A stretch of 36,131 bases of DNA from a phage, in NCBI GenBank assembly GCA_018175075.1, contig GCA_018175075.1_4100.3; one strand, given 5' to 3'. The first letter of the stretch is position 1; every line of letters starts with the position of its first letter. Below, piece by piece: positions 28,555 to 36,131 of this stretch. The translations under genes and the position numbers were made by a program. Under the pieces are notes generated by a model. The model searched no databases. It was not told the DNA's origin and worked only from the letters and a program-made list of their open reading frames with translations.

Positions 28555-28968
28555 ATGAAACTGTATCATGCGAGTACTGTAAAAATTGATAACTTTTATA
28601 TCCCGTATGGTGGTCTTCATATGGGAGGTAAACACAGTGCTTTGGAAGCTGCATTACGCAAGCTGAGAAGCCCACTGAACGTAGTAGACGCATGTACAGT
28701 ATACTTGCATACCTTAGAAGTTGATGTTGATAACGTGCTTCTGTGTGAAGATTTAGGCAGTGATGATGAGTGGCGTTCACTTATTGAGAATTGCACTGCT
28801 CAAGGTTATGATGCTGTTCAGTACAAAAATGATTACGAGCCAGACAATGTTCCTAGCTTTATGATTTGGGATGCATCTAAAGTTCGCATCATTGAAGTTG
28901 ATGCTATGCATATGGATGAAGCTGAAATGATTATCGAAGATTTTCTTGATGAATATGAAGGTGTATAA
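28555..28968 (+). CDS. hypothetical protein (composition outlier)
   Basis: 137-aa ORF; AGGAATGA RBS; no family motif; visibly more G+C and CTG/GCG codons than neighbours (by eye). Confidence 0.6.
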   Translation: MKLYHASTVKIDNFYIPYGGLHMGGKHSALEAALRKLRSPLNVVDACTVYLHTLEVDVDNVLLCEDLGSDDEWRSLIENCTAQGYDAVQYKNDYEPDNVPSFMIWDASKVRIIEVDAMHMDEAEMIIEDFLDEYEGV

Positions 28969-29504
28969 TGACTGACCCGATGGTAGCACTGGCACGTACT
29001 AAGTTACTATTAAAGATTGGTGAGATTTTTACGGTTCTTCTGTCCAATAATATTGATATTACTGAGCTAGATATTAAGCAACCGTGGGAAGTGACTATGT
29101 TCTCGGCGTTCCACCGATTGTCATATAAAGGTGAAAGTGTTCTTGATTTTAACCCTAAAGCAAAATTCATAGATTATGCTGCGTTGTACAGAGAGTTGCA
29201 CCGAAATATTTATTCCGGTTGTATAACCAATAACTTCAAAGAAATTAAAGTTCAAACTGCATCACATGAGTTCAATGATTTACTTTATCCAGAATTTAAT
29301 CTAACGGAAGAATTACTCTTTCAGTACTCGTTAATTCTCACAAATCTCGAAACGCTAGAGTACTACAAAGAGTTAGTAGATATTTTTATGAATACACGAC
29401 TTTCAAAAGATATTGTGATATTCTGGTATACAGAGCATGTTACGGAGGAATTGCTTACTGAATTTCTTCTAAATATGACAGCTATAAAGGAGAAGTTATG
29501 TTAG
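28968..29504 (+). CDS. hypothetical protein, family B
   Basis: GAAGGTG RBS; TAATG overlap; motif EELLFQYSLILT. Confidence 0.65.
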   Translation: MTDPMVALARTKLLLKIGEIFTVLLSNNIDITELDIKQPWEVTMFSAFHRLSYKGESVLDFNPKAKFIDYAALYRELHRNIYSGCITNNFKEIKVQTASHEFNDLLYPEFNLTEELLFQYSLILTNLETLEYYKELVDIFMNTRLSKDIVIFWYTEHVTEELLTEFLLNMTAIKEKLC

Positions 29505-29971
29505 ATATTTTAGGAAACATCGATACTGCAAATTATTTTATCCAGGACGCACTGTTCAATACAGTTCAACAAGGATTAGAAGTTCGTCATAACGTTTACC
29601 AAGGTGATGGTTATTTCGTTGATATTGTTGAGGCACGAAAGAATACGTTTAATGTTAACATTACAACACTGGGTAGACAGAACATTGCACGAATTTTAGT
29701 AAGTAAAGATGAAATTGTATTGAGATACAGTGCTAAGTTTATGTTGACTTATAAGAAAAAAACTGATATGTTCAGTACTAATTTATTTGATGAGCCATTT
29801 GACCTTGAAGATATTGAAGCTACTTTCTTTACTCAAAGTACTATGGTAAAATACACTGATGTTCAATTTTCATCAGACGTTATGTCTGAAACATTACAAA
29901 TGATCAAGGTATTATTTTATGCATTTGAGCAATTCAGAGAAGAAAGAAATAAGGTTAACAACCACAGATGA
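29498..29971 (+). CDS. hypothetical protein (family B-like, degenerate)
   Basis: AAAGGAGAAG RBS; weak motif EATFFTQSTMVK. Confidence 0.6.
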   Translation: MLDILGNIDTANYFIQDALFNTVQQGLEVRHNVYQGDGYFVDIVEARKNTFNVNITTLGRQNIARILVSKDEIVLRYSAKFMLTYKKKTDMFSTNLFDEPFDLEDIEATFFTQSTMVKYTDVQFSSDVMSETLQMIKVLFYAFEQFREERNKVNNHR

Positions 29972-30332
29972 ACTAATAGAGGCGATCACTAAGGAGTCAA
30001 AATACCACAAAGGGATTCGTCTATATTTTATAGATATTGGTTCAATGGAAGGCATATACATTTATGGTTCACAATCTTTATCTTATGATGTAATGCCAAA
30101 AAAACATGTAAAAATCTTTTTAGGTTCAGATAAAAAAACTTTCTTGACAATTAATGATAAAAACGTTATTATGAATTCGTTGGGCCATGATAAGGTGGAA
30201 ATTGATCTAAACACACTAGAGGATATTGATTTTTTTCAATACGAGTGTTTAGGTGTTGACTTACATGGCATTAGTAGCGATATGATAAAATCATTAATCA
30301 AATATTTCGAAGGTGTTCATAAATGTATCTAA
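29919..30332 (+). CDS. hypothetical protein, family B
   Basis: Motif DIDFFQYECLGV; start uncertain (53-nt overlap with upstream gene). Confidence 0.5.
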   Translation: MHLSNSEKKEIRLTTTDELIEAITKESKYHKGIRLYFIDIGSMEGIYIYGSQSLSYDVMPKKHVKIFLGSDKKTFLTINDKNVIMNSLGHDKVEIDLNTLEDIDFFQYECLGVDLHGISSDMIKSLIKYFEGVHKCI

Positions 30333-30820
30333 CTAAATCAATGAAAAATTCATTTGATAAAATTAAGAGTTGTCTTGATGGAGAAAATATTACAAGTGTT
30401 ACACAAACTGCTGACCAAATTCAAAGCAGTTCAAGTGATTGCACTGTTATTTTTGGTTTACATAGTCTGCGTTTATCAATAGTAAATAATATTGACAACA
30501 CTGCTATTGTAATCACACCATGCAATATTCAAAATGAGAATGGTGTATATCTTCATCACATGGGAACAGTATTTCACATTTTCAATTCAAACGAAAACAT
30601 TGTTAAGGAATACAATACTCTTAATATTGATTCAGGTGAATTATTTCAAATGAGTACTTTGTACTCATGTAATTTTACAGATACTTCATGTATTTTGCCA
30701 TTTTTCTTGGAAATTATTAAGAAAATGGAAAATTTAAAACGTGAATACAATAAAGAAATGGTTCCTGAAGCTATATTAAATATTACTAATGCTATAGAGA
30801 AGTATAATGCAGTGACTTAA
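30323..30820 (+). CDS. hypothetical protein, family B
   Basis: AAGGTG RBS; motif SGELFQMSTLYS. Confidence 0.65.
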   Translation: MYLTKSMKNSFDKIKSCLDGENITSVTQTADQIQSSSSDCTVIFGLHSLRLSIVNNIDNTAIVITPCNIQNENGVYLHHMGTVFHIFNSNENIVKEYNTLNIDSGELFQMSTLYSCNFTDTSCILPFFLEIIKKMENLKREYNKEMVPEAILNITNAIEKYNAVT

Positions 30821-30862
30821 TAAAAACGCACATGGAGTGCATTAGAAGATCAAGGATAGATC

Positions 30863-31336
30863 ATGGAGATTAAAACTGTTGAAAATGGGAAAATTGATGA
30901 CATTTTAGAGTTGGACGCATTCAAAGTTCATGATATAATGTTTAATGTGAAGGACATTATTCAATGTCTATTTTTGTGTAGCAAGACAATGCATGATTTT
31001 TTTCACAACCCAAATACTAACGTTTTTATACTAACAATCAGTACTGAAAACTCGTTTATCATGGGTATGCCTATGAGTACAAATGAACAATATATTGATT
31101 GTGTTATTCGTAATAACGATAGTATTACGCCACAATCTGAAGTACGTAAAAAGAAAAACACCTACACAATCAAAGATGATAAAATTATGATGTGCTGTAG
31201 TAAAGGGTTTATATTAGATAATTTTATCGTAAAAGACAGTTATCACGACTTTAAAGTATCTGAAAATCAATCCAATGTAGTTCTTTATGCGAGTGACATA
31301 GAAAGTCTAACAGTTAAAGATCCCAGTTTGGAGTAA
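30863..31336 (+). CDS. hypothetical protein
   Basis: 157-aa ORF; AAGGA RBS; no family motif. Confidence 0.55.
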   Translation: MEIKTVENGKIDDILELDAFKVHDIMFNVKDIIQCLFLCSKTMHDFFHNPNTNVFILTISTENSFIMGMPMSTNEQYIDCVIRNNDSITPQSEVRKKKNTYTIKDDKIMMCCSKGFILDNFIVKDSYHDFKVSENQSNVVLYASDIESLTVKDPSLE

Positions 31337-31338
31337 GT

Positions 31339-31470
31339 ATGGCTAAGAAAGTAAACAATTTCGTACAGAAACACATGAATGAGTTTAACAAGCCTCAGAC
31401 ACATGTGGATCGTAAAAAAGAAATGAAAAATGGTAAAGTAAAACACAAGTCGAGATTTATTCTCGACTAA
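31339..31470 (+). CDS. small lysine-rich protein (43 aa)
   Basis: Not in track (under size cutoff); GGAG 5 nt before ATG 31339; sequence MAKKVNNFVQKHMNEFNKPQTHVDRKKEMKNGKVKHKSRFILD; terminator overlaps stop. Confidence 0.45.
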   Translation: MAKKVNNFVQKHMNEFNKPQTHVDRKKEMKNGKVKHKSRFILD

Positions 31471-31476
31471 TTTTTT
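31449..31476 (+). terminator. rho-independent terminator
   Basis: GTCGAGA tttat TCTCGAC hairpin followed by TAATTTTTT. Confidence 0.7.
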
Positions 31477-31499
31477 GTATAAATTTATGAGGATTGTAT

Positions 31500-32348
31500 A
31501 TGTTAGACATTTCAGATTTTCTTAATTTTAAAAAGTATTCAGTACTTGAACATATCAACGAATTTCTGAATTCTACTACACCATTTGGTATCAGTACATC
31601 AAATGCATACGATGGATATACAATCTTCCCATACAATGACTTTCAAATTTCCGTCAAAAAAGGTTTTACAAAAGAAGTTGCAATTCGTGATGTAGTAATG
31701 TATAGCGATTCTTCTATTTCTTACTGTCATGACGTGAACAAGTTTGAATCTCTTTCAACACCTAATTGTTCATACTACAAATCCCATGACACGATGATGT
31801 ATAAAGAACAACATATCAATGGTGTTTCGTTCTATAAAACTAGCAGTGATAAATCATATACATCTAGAGATGATTTTGGAAAATACACATGTACTATGCA
31901 CACGGATAATGAAAAAACAAATTACACTCATTCATTCGAGTCCAAATTCCAAGAGAGTGAAGTTTCAAATATCACTATACAAGAACAGGTTTCAGAAGGC
32001 ATTGTATATCGTAGTACTGCATTCTTTCGCATGAAAGATATTGCCACAGGCAGACCAATGATGTACAATATTGACATATACATGAAAGGTGATATATCCG
32101 AAGTAGTGATTAGTACTGGTTATCGTGAAAAATATACAGTTACAATGGAATCACCAGATGCATCATTAGTTCACCTCTTTAACAATTTATATACATTCCA
32201 ATTCGAACTTAGTTTCGATCCAAATGAATATCAAATATTTGATATATTAAAAAGTAATATTATTAATAAGTTAGAATATTACTACAAGTTAGGTGGTAAG
32301 ATGTGCATAGTTAATACTATGTTACATAACATAAAAGAAACATTATAA
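31500..32348 (+). CDS. hypothetical protein (282 aa)
   Basis: GAGGA RBS 6 nt before ATG 31500 (track begins TTG 31494); long uninterrupted ORF; no recognisable motif. Confidence 0.65.
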   Translation: MLDISDFLNFKKYSVLEHINEFLNSTTPFGISTSNAYDGYTIFPYNDFQISVKKGFTKEVAIRDVVMYSDSSISYCHDVNKFESLSTPNCSYYKSHDTMMYKEQHINGVSFYKTSSDKSYTSRDDFGKYTCTMHTDNEKTNYTHSFESKFQESEVSNITIQEQVSEGIVYRSTAFFRMKDIATGRPMMYNIDIYMKGDISEVVISTGYREKYTVTMESPDASLVHLFNNLYTFQFELSFDPNEYQIFDILKSNIINKLEYYYKLGGKMCIVNTMLHNIKETL

Positions 32349-32364
32349 ATCTGGAGGATTTGGT

Positions 32365-32658
32365 ATGGATACTAAATTCAAAATTATTTTTAAAACTAAG
32401 CCGTATATTCCACATACAGCAGAACGTTTTATACCACATGGTGCTGAGGAAATTATTCACCAAGATGGTACTAAGTTATACCTTGTTCCTTGTTCTTATG
32501 AACGTGCAGTAGAAATGTTACTAATGAATGCTAGACTATGCAAAAACAAGTACATTAGTTACCTATACAATGAACATATTTTAGATTTCAATGATGAAAA
32601 TATGTTCATTCTAGCAATTGAGGATTTTGATAACTGGTACAATATTATTAAAATCTAA
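32365..32658 (+). CDS. hypothetical protein (97 aa)
   Basis: GGAGGA RBS before ATG 32365. Confidence 0.6.
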   Translation: MDTKFKIIFKTKPYIPHTAERFIPHGAEEIIHQDGTKLYLVPCSYERAVEMLLMNARLCKNKYISYLYNEHILDFNDENMFILAIEDFDNWYNIIKI

Positions 32659-32666
32659 TGAAAATA

Positions 32667-32705
32667 ATGTGAACATATTAGATTCTTGTGATATAATGTT
32701 CACAT
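32667..32705 (+). promoter_or_regulatory. promoter with embedded palindrome (candidate operator)
   Basis: Perfect 10-bp inverted repeat ATGTGAACAT (32667-32676) / ATGTTCACAT (32696-32705), 19-bp spacer; extended -10 TGaTATAAT at 32689-32697 lies inside it. Confidence 0.55.
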
Positions 32706-32729
32706 CTTTTTTTGATAACGGAGATATAG

Positions 32730-33116
32730 ATGAATACAAGTTCAATCCTAAAAGCAATTGGTGGTGTTTTACTCATTGAAGTAAAAGGTGAGCCAAAGCT
32801 ATGCTGTTTAGAAGATATGAAGAATACAAAACACTTCAGTACTGGTCAGATTTTCAATGCCATTCGTATTCTAAATGACAAATCCATTGCTGATTATGGA
32901 AAAGTTTGGCCTGTATATCAAAATGCTGATGGTGATATCAGTACTGATTGGAAAACAATTGAGGCGGTACGACAAAGTTGTGAGAGTGATTGGGACTTCA
33001 TTGTTGAAGTTTGTGTTCAACTACAAGAAGATGTTCCAGAAATTGTCGAACGAAAAGAAGTCCTAGCACGACTTGAAAAATTCCGTCACGGAACACTACA
33101 GTATGACACAATCTAA
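32730..33116 (+). CDS. hypothetical protein (128 aa)
   Basis: GGAG RBS before ATG 32730; first gene after palindromic promoter. Confidence 0.6.
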   Translation: MNTSSILKAIGGVLLIEVKGEPKLCCLEDMKNTKHFSTGQIFNAIRILNDKSIADYGKVWPVYQNADGDISTDWKTIEAVRQSCESDWDFIVEVCVQLQEDVPEIVERKEVLARLEKFRHGTLQYDTI

Positions 33117-33165
33117 TCTGCTTATTAAAAATATCTAATTAACATTATATAAAAGGAATTTAAAA

Positions 33166-33471
33166 ATGGAAGACAATGGAATGAAATTTGATATGTTTGA
33201 AGGTGTACCAGAGTTCGATTTCAACAAACTTGAAGAAGGTGAGGAATCAGAACTAGTTAGTGTTACACTTAAAGCAGATTCTAAAAAGAAATATTCATCA
33301 TCAGTACGTTCACGTTCACAAGAAGAATACGAAACATTTATTGAAAGTATTCATTATGAAACATTCCATCACGCAGATGGAACTCCATATGAAGTACGTG
33401 TAACAGTACTGAAGCCTGAAGTAAATCCAATGGAAAATCTACGTCCTGTTTACTGCTGGGCAAGTCACTAA
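33166..33471 (+). CDS. hypothetical acidic protein (101 aa)
   Basis: AAAGGAA RBS; followed by terminator. Confidence 0.6.
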   Translation: MEDNGMKFDMFEGVPEFDFNKLEEGEESELVSVTLKADSKKKYSSSVRSRSQEEYETFIESIHYETFHHADGTPYEVRVTVLKPEVNPMENLRPVYCWASH

Positions 33472-33477
33472 TAAACC

Positions 33478-33510
33478 AAAGGACGGGATTTGTTATCTCG
33501 TCCTTTTTTT
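33478..33510 (+). terminator. rho-independent terminator
   Basis: AAAGGACG ... CGTCCTTT hairpin followed by T-run. Confidence 0.65.
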
Positions 33511-33522
33511 GTCTGGAGATGT

Positions 33523-34377
33523 ATGAAACTTTATCTAATCGTTGACTACAATAAGGATTATGCTGGTAACTTCACCGAAGATTCGGATGGATATTGCACA
33601 TCGACTAATGTCAATGTACGTAGCAGTAGTGCTCATGAACATGAATCTTGTAAAAATCTAAAAGATTTTATCGCATACCGAGCATTTGAAAAGAACTTCT
33701 GCCGCAGTAGATATTCGAAGTTTGAGTACCCGTTAATTGATGTTCCTGATGATTTAATGTTCCAGTTAATGCTGACTGGAGTTCAAGATTATGATTACAT
33801 AGCATATAATCATATTACTAAGAAAATTTATATTGGTACATCATCACATGACACTTCTATGTATGCATCATGCCCAGATGATCGAATGAATGATAGAAAA
33901 TCATACTATAGTGGGTCAGTTGGTTTAAATGATTCATTAAATAAAAATTCATTCTTTGAGTATGTTTATGATTACCATCATGAGAAAAAAGAACGTGAAG
34001 ATTACTGTATAGCAATTGATAGTACTAATGGTTATGAAGACGTGAAAGAAGCACTTATGCCGTACATTATTGAAAAGTACTACAAAGATTTTCAGTACTG
34101 TAGTAATTTTCTAATCAGAAATTCTATTATAATCGGTCGCCAATCTAGTGCATACTCTCAGTACTATAATGATTCACCAGTAGCATCGGCAAATGAAATG
34201 TGTGATATTTTACAAATTCCACGTGAAGATATGGCATTCATTTTTACATCTTTTATTGAAGATGATGAGTTGTATATTAAAAATAAACACCGTTTCATGC
34301 CAAGCAAGATTGAGGTTATTCGAAGTTTTAGTGTTGATATACTAACAAATTTCACAGAAAAAACCGAATATAACTGA
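33523..34377 (+). CDS. hypothetical protein (284 aa)
   Basis: GGAG RBS before ATG 33523 (track TTG 33490 lies inside terminator); contains FQ-like DDLMFQLMLTG. Confidence 0.6.
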   Translation: MKLYLIVDYNKDYAGNFTEDSDGYCTSTNVNVRSSSAHEHESCKNLKDFIAYRAFEKNFCRSRYSKFEYPLIDVPDDLMFQLMLTGVQDYDYIAYNHITKKIYIGTSSHDTSMYASCPDDRMNDRKSYYSGSVGLNDSLNKNSFFEYVYDYHHEKKEREDYCIAIDSTNGYEDVKEALMPYIIEKYYKDFQYCSNFLIRNSIIIGRQSSAYSQYYNDSPVASANEMCDILQIPREDMAFIFTSFIEDDELYIKNKHRFMPSKIEVIRSFSVDILTNFTEKTEYN

Positions 34378-34405
34378 GACAAATGATAAGTTAATGATAT
34401 AATAT

Positions 34406-34439
34406 AAGGTGACAACATAATATGTTAGTCACCTTTTTT
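34406..34439 (+). terminator. rho-independent terminator
   Basis: AAGGTGAC ... GTCACCTT hairpin followed by TTTTTT. Confidence 0.7.
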
Positions 34440-34441
34440 AA

Positions 34442-34979
34442 TCCTGAAAGGTTCCCATAAGGAAATGATTAAAAGCCTAATCCACTCGAAAATGTAGAGG
34501 GTAGATGAGTAGTCCTTTCAGTACGAACAGCAGATGAAACCCGTTAGATGATGGCATAGTTTGAACCACTCACGGCAATGCGGCTGTATAAAGAACTCCA
34601 ATAGGATAAAGAGAGTTCCTCGATAGACATATAAGGATCGCACCTTACCAATTATCTAAGGGAGATTTCATAAGAAATATGCGGTCGGAATTATACAATA
34701 TAGTTGCGTCCAAATTTTGTGAAATCAAATACAAGTACTGGTCATATGGTATTTGTATTATGTGTCGGGATGTTTAAGACCGACGACCGTTGCTACAAGA
34801 ACCGCGATAGAGAGAAACAGAGCAACCCGCTTTCGTCTCGTAAGAGAATTCGTGATATGAACTATGTGAAGGCCACCAGCGTCAAATTTTTTTGTTCTTT
34901 CCCCTGCGGGGGGATGAAATATGCTCAAGCAAACCCCGTCAATATTAATTAAAAGAAAATAGTACTTGTAGAATTAGAC
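34442..34979. other. GC-richer noncoding island (candidate structured RNA or cis element)
   Basis: ~540 bp without a convincing ORF; locally GC-rich by eye (e.g. CCCCTGCGGGGGG, GTCGGgatgtttaagaCCGAC); bounded by terminator and next gene. Confidence 0.35.
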
Positions 34980-35600
34980 ATGCGTAGCATGATAATTCTA
35001 CTGATGTTGATGCAATCAACGTCACGTATATTCATTGATGTTTCCATAGGAATAATGATGGCATTTATTAGAAAAGAAAAAACTGTTACTTATAAAACTT
35101 TGAATTTTGATGATTGCATTAATCAATCACAAGACGAAGATATCTTTACTGGATATGTGGTTATTAAAGAAAAAGGATGCATTTCTTATATAAAGGAATT
35201 ACAAAATGGAATTGAAGTGACTTCAGTTAAATTACTTCCTACTCAAAAACCAACAATATCAAAAGCCCAGTATGGTAATTATTTTGAAGAAAGATATAGT
35301 AATAATTCAATAAGTGTTAAGGCTCATATTATTAAAGGAGAACTAGAAGGAGAATATAGAAAATACAACCCACAAGGAAAATGTGTTTGGGTTAAATACT
35401 TCAATTCAGGATATGATGTAACATCTGAAATTATAGAATTCTTGGGTTTAAAATGTACCCCTGAGACTATTCATGATTACAAGTTCAATACTGAAGAAGA
35501 GTTTAATCTGATGATGCGTTACGGTTCACATTTTAAATTTTTATATGAATATAACATTGACAGTAGTACTTTTGATGACATAGTACTTAACTGTCTATAA
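34980..35600 (+). CDS. hypothetical protein with possible MORN-like repeat
   Basis: Track ORF; G/Y/N-spaced segment KGELEGEYRKYNPQGKCVWVKYFNSGYDV; start uncertain (no clear RBS at 34980). Confidence 0.45.
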   Translation: MRSMIILLMLMQSTSRIFIDVSIGIMMAFIRKEKTVTYKTLNFDDCINQSQDEDIFTGYVVIKEKGCISYIKELQNGIEVTSVKLLPTQKPTISKAQYGNYFEERYSNNSISVKAHIIKGELEGEYRKYNPQGKCVWVKYFNSGYDVTSEIIEFLGLKCTPETIHDYKFNTEEEFNLMMRYGSHFKFLYEYNIDSSTFDDIVLNCL

Positions 35601-35616
35601 TCAAAGGAAATAGTAC

Positions 35617-36131
35617 ATGCCGAAAGGACAACGCGGTGGATTGGTTTATGGATATGGAATAAATGACATAGTTGGTAATGAAATTGATGGTTATGCAAAT
35701 TCCAAAAATAAATGTTACCAAACTTGGGGTGGAATATTGGAACGATGTTTTTCAGAATCATTTCATGAAAAGTATACATCCTACATTGGAACTACATTAT
35801 GTGATGAATGGAAGTATTATTCTGAATTTAAAAAATGGTATGATGATAACAAAAAAGATGGATATGAACTTGATAAAGACATTATTGGTGGAAATAGAAA
35901 ACATTACTCACCATCTACATGTGCATTTGTTCCATCGATAATCAATTGCTGTATTTTAGATGGCAAAAAAAGAACACTGAATCTTTTACCATTAGGAATT
36001 ACATACCATAAAGCTGAAAAATATAAAAATAAACCGTATGAAACACAACTTCGTAGATATAAAAAGTTAATTAGTTATGGGTATCATTCAACTCCAGAAG
36101 AAGCCCACAAAGCCTGGCAAATTGCCAAACG
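35617..36131 (+). CDS. putative homing-endonuclease-like protein with AP2-type DNA-binding motif (3' partial)
   Basis: AAGGAAA RBS 7 nt before ATG 35617; open to window end (manual translation, absent from track); C-terminal YGYHSTPEEAHKAWQIAK resembles AP2-domain signature; N-terminal GINDIVG, DKDIIGGNRKHYSPSTCAFVP. Confidence 0.45.
   Translation, partial: MPKGQRGGLVYGYGINDIVGNEIDGYANSKNKCYQTWGGILERCFSESFHEKYTSYIGTTLCDEWKYYSEFKKWYDDNKKDGYELDKDIIGGNRKHYSPSTCAFVPSIINCCILDGKKRTLNLLPLGITYHKAEKYKNKPYETQLRRYKKLISYGYHSTPEEAHKAWQIAK

Noticed and set aside
2468-30820. CRISPR array as an explanation for the periodic repetition
   Set aside because: The repeated element is a protein motif inside ~300-600 bp genes of variable length, not short identical direct repeats with uniform spacers.
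30826-30845. Short hairpin GCAC atgga GTGC after gene 30323-30820
   Set aside because: 4-bp stem with no following T-run; too weak for a terminator call.
4344-32034. Alternate-frame + strand ORFs (4344-4553, 5843-6049, 13708-13923, 14037-14282, 14525-14716, 19735-19941, 21427-21708, 24220-24408, 27023-27211, 31819-32034, 32875-33066)
   Set aside because: Fully embedded in longer + strand genes in another frame; no independent start signals or motif.
7193-33522. N-terminal extensions of track ORFs 7193, 9887, 11172, 19021, 21360, 22894, 23536, 31494 and 33490
   Set aside because: The extensions run through promoters, terminators or the upstream gene and rely on TTG/GTG or RBS-less ATG; an internal ATG (or GTG at 7223) with an RBS just after the upstream stop is preferred.
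34704-34952. Track ORF with TTG start inside the GC-rich island
   Set aside because: No ATG start or RBS, unusual composition, and crosses hairpin-rich sequence; the region is more likely noncoding. Low-probability coding retained only as a caveat.
34442-34979. tRNA or group I intron in the GC-rich island
   Set aside because: No GGTTCGA-type T-loop, cloverleaf or recognisable group I core elements found by eye; needs a covariance-model scan to exclude.
256-35779. All minus-strand ORFs in the track (e.g. 256-471, 314-496, 3226-3426, 5035-5235, 13124-13576, 17106-17300, 28432-29170, 34164-34418, 35519-35779)
   Set aside because: Each lies antisense inside a + strand gene that has an RBS, coupling and a family motif; no RBS of their own; typical spurious ORFs of AT-rich sequence.
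35672-35941. Track ORF 35672-35941
   Set aside because: Alternate frame inside the longer open frame from ATG 35617 that has a good RBS and an AP2-like C-terminal motif.

Overview
AT-rich, phage-like window with about 86 tightly packed genes, all on the + strand; every minus-strand and alternate-frame ORF in the track is embedded in these and was rejected. Genes are translationally coupled (ATGA/TGATG/TAATG stop-start overlaps, AAGGAG-like RBSs) and punctuated by a few sigma70-like promoters and rho-independent terminators. Almost nothing matches a protein family I recognise. Instead the window is dominated by two expanded paralogous families defined here from the sequence: Family A, about 15 small proteins (60-90 aa) sharing an L-G-T-x-x-Q-E-x-[YF]-[VI] motif (52-2478, 3779-4233, 16838-17225), and Family B, about 45 proteins (100-210 aa) sharing a C-terminal-half core motif [DE]-[DE]-x-[YFL]-F-Q-x-S-[LT]-[VI]-[aromatic]-D (2468-30820). 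Family B is the candidate undescribed system: a diversified gene arsenal with variable N-terminal halves, recent tandem duplications, a truncated paralog fragment and an in-frame tandem repeat. The 3' end (30.8-36.1 kb) is distinct: unrelated hypothetical genes, a 43-aa lysine-rich ORF, a palindrome-embedded promoter, a GC-richer ~540 bp noncoding island, a MORN-like protein and a 3'-truncated AP2-type homing-endonuclease-like gene. No rRNA, tRNA, CRISPR array or transposase was found by eye. Coordinates of starts refined from the ORF track are stated per feature; no database search or structure prediction could be run.
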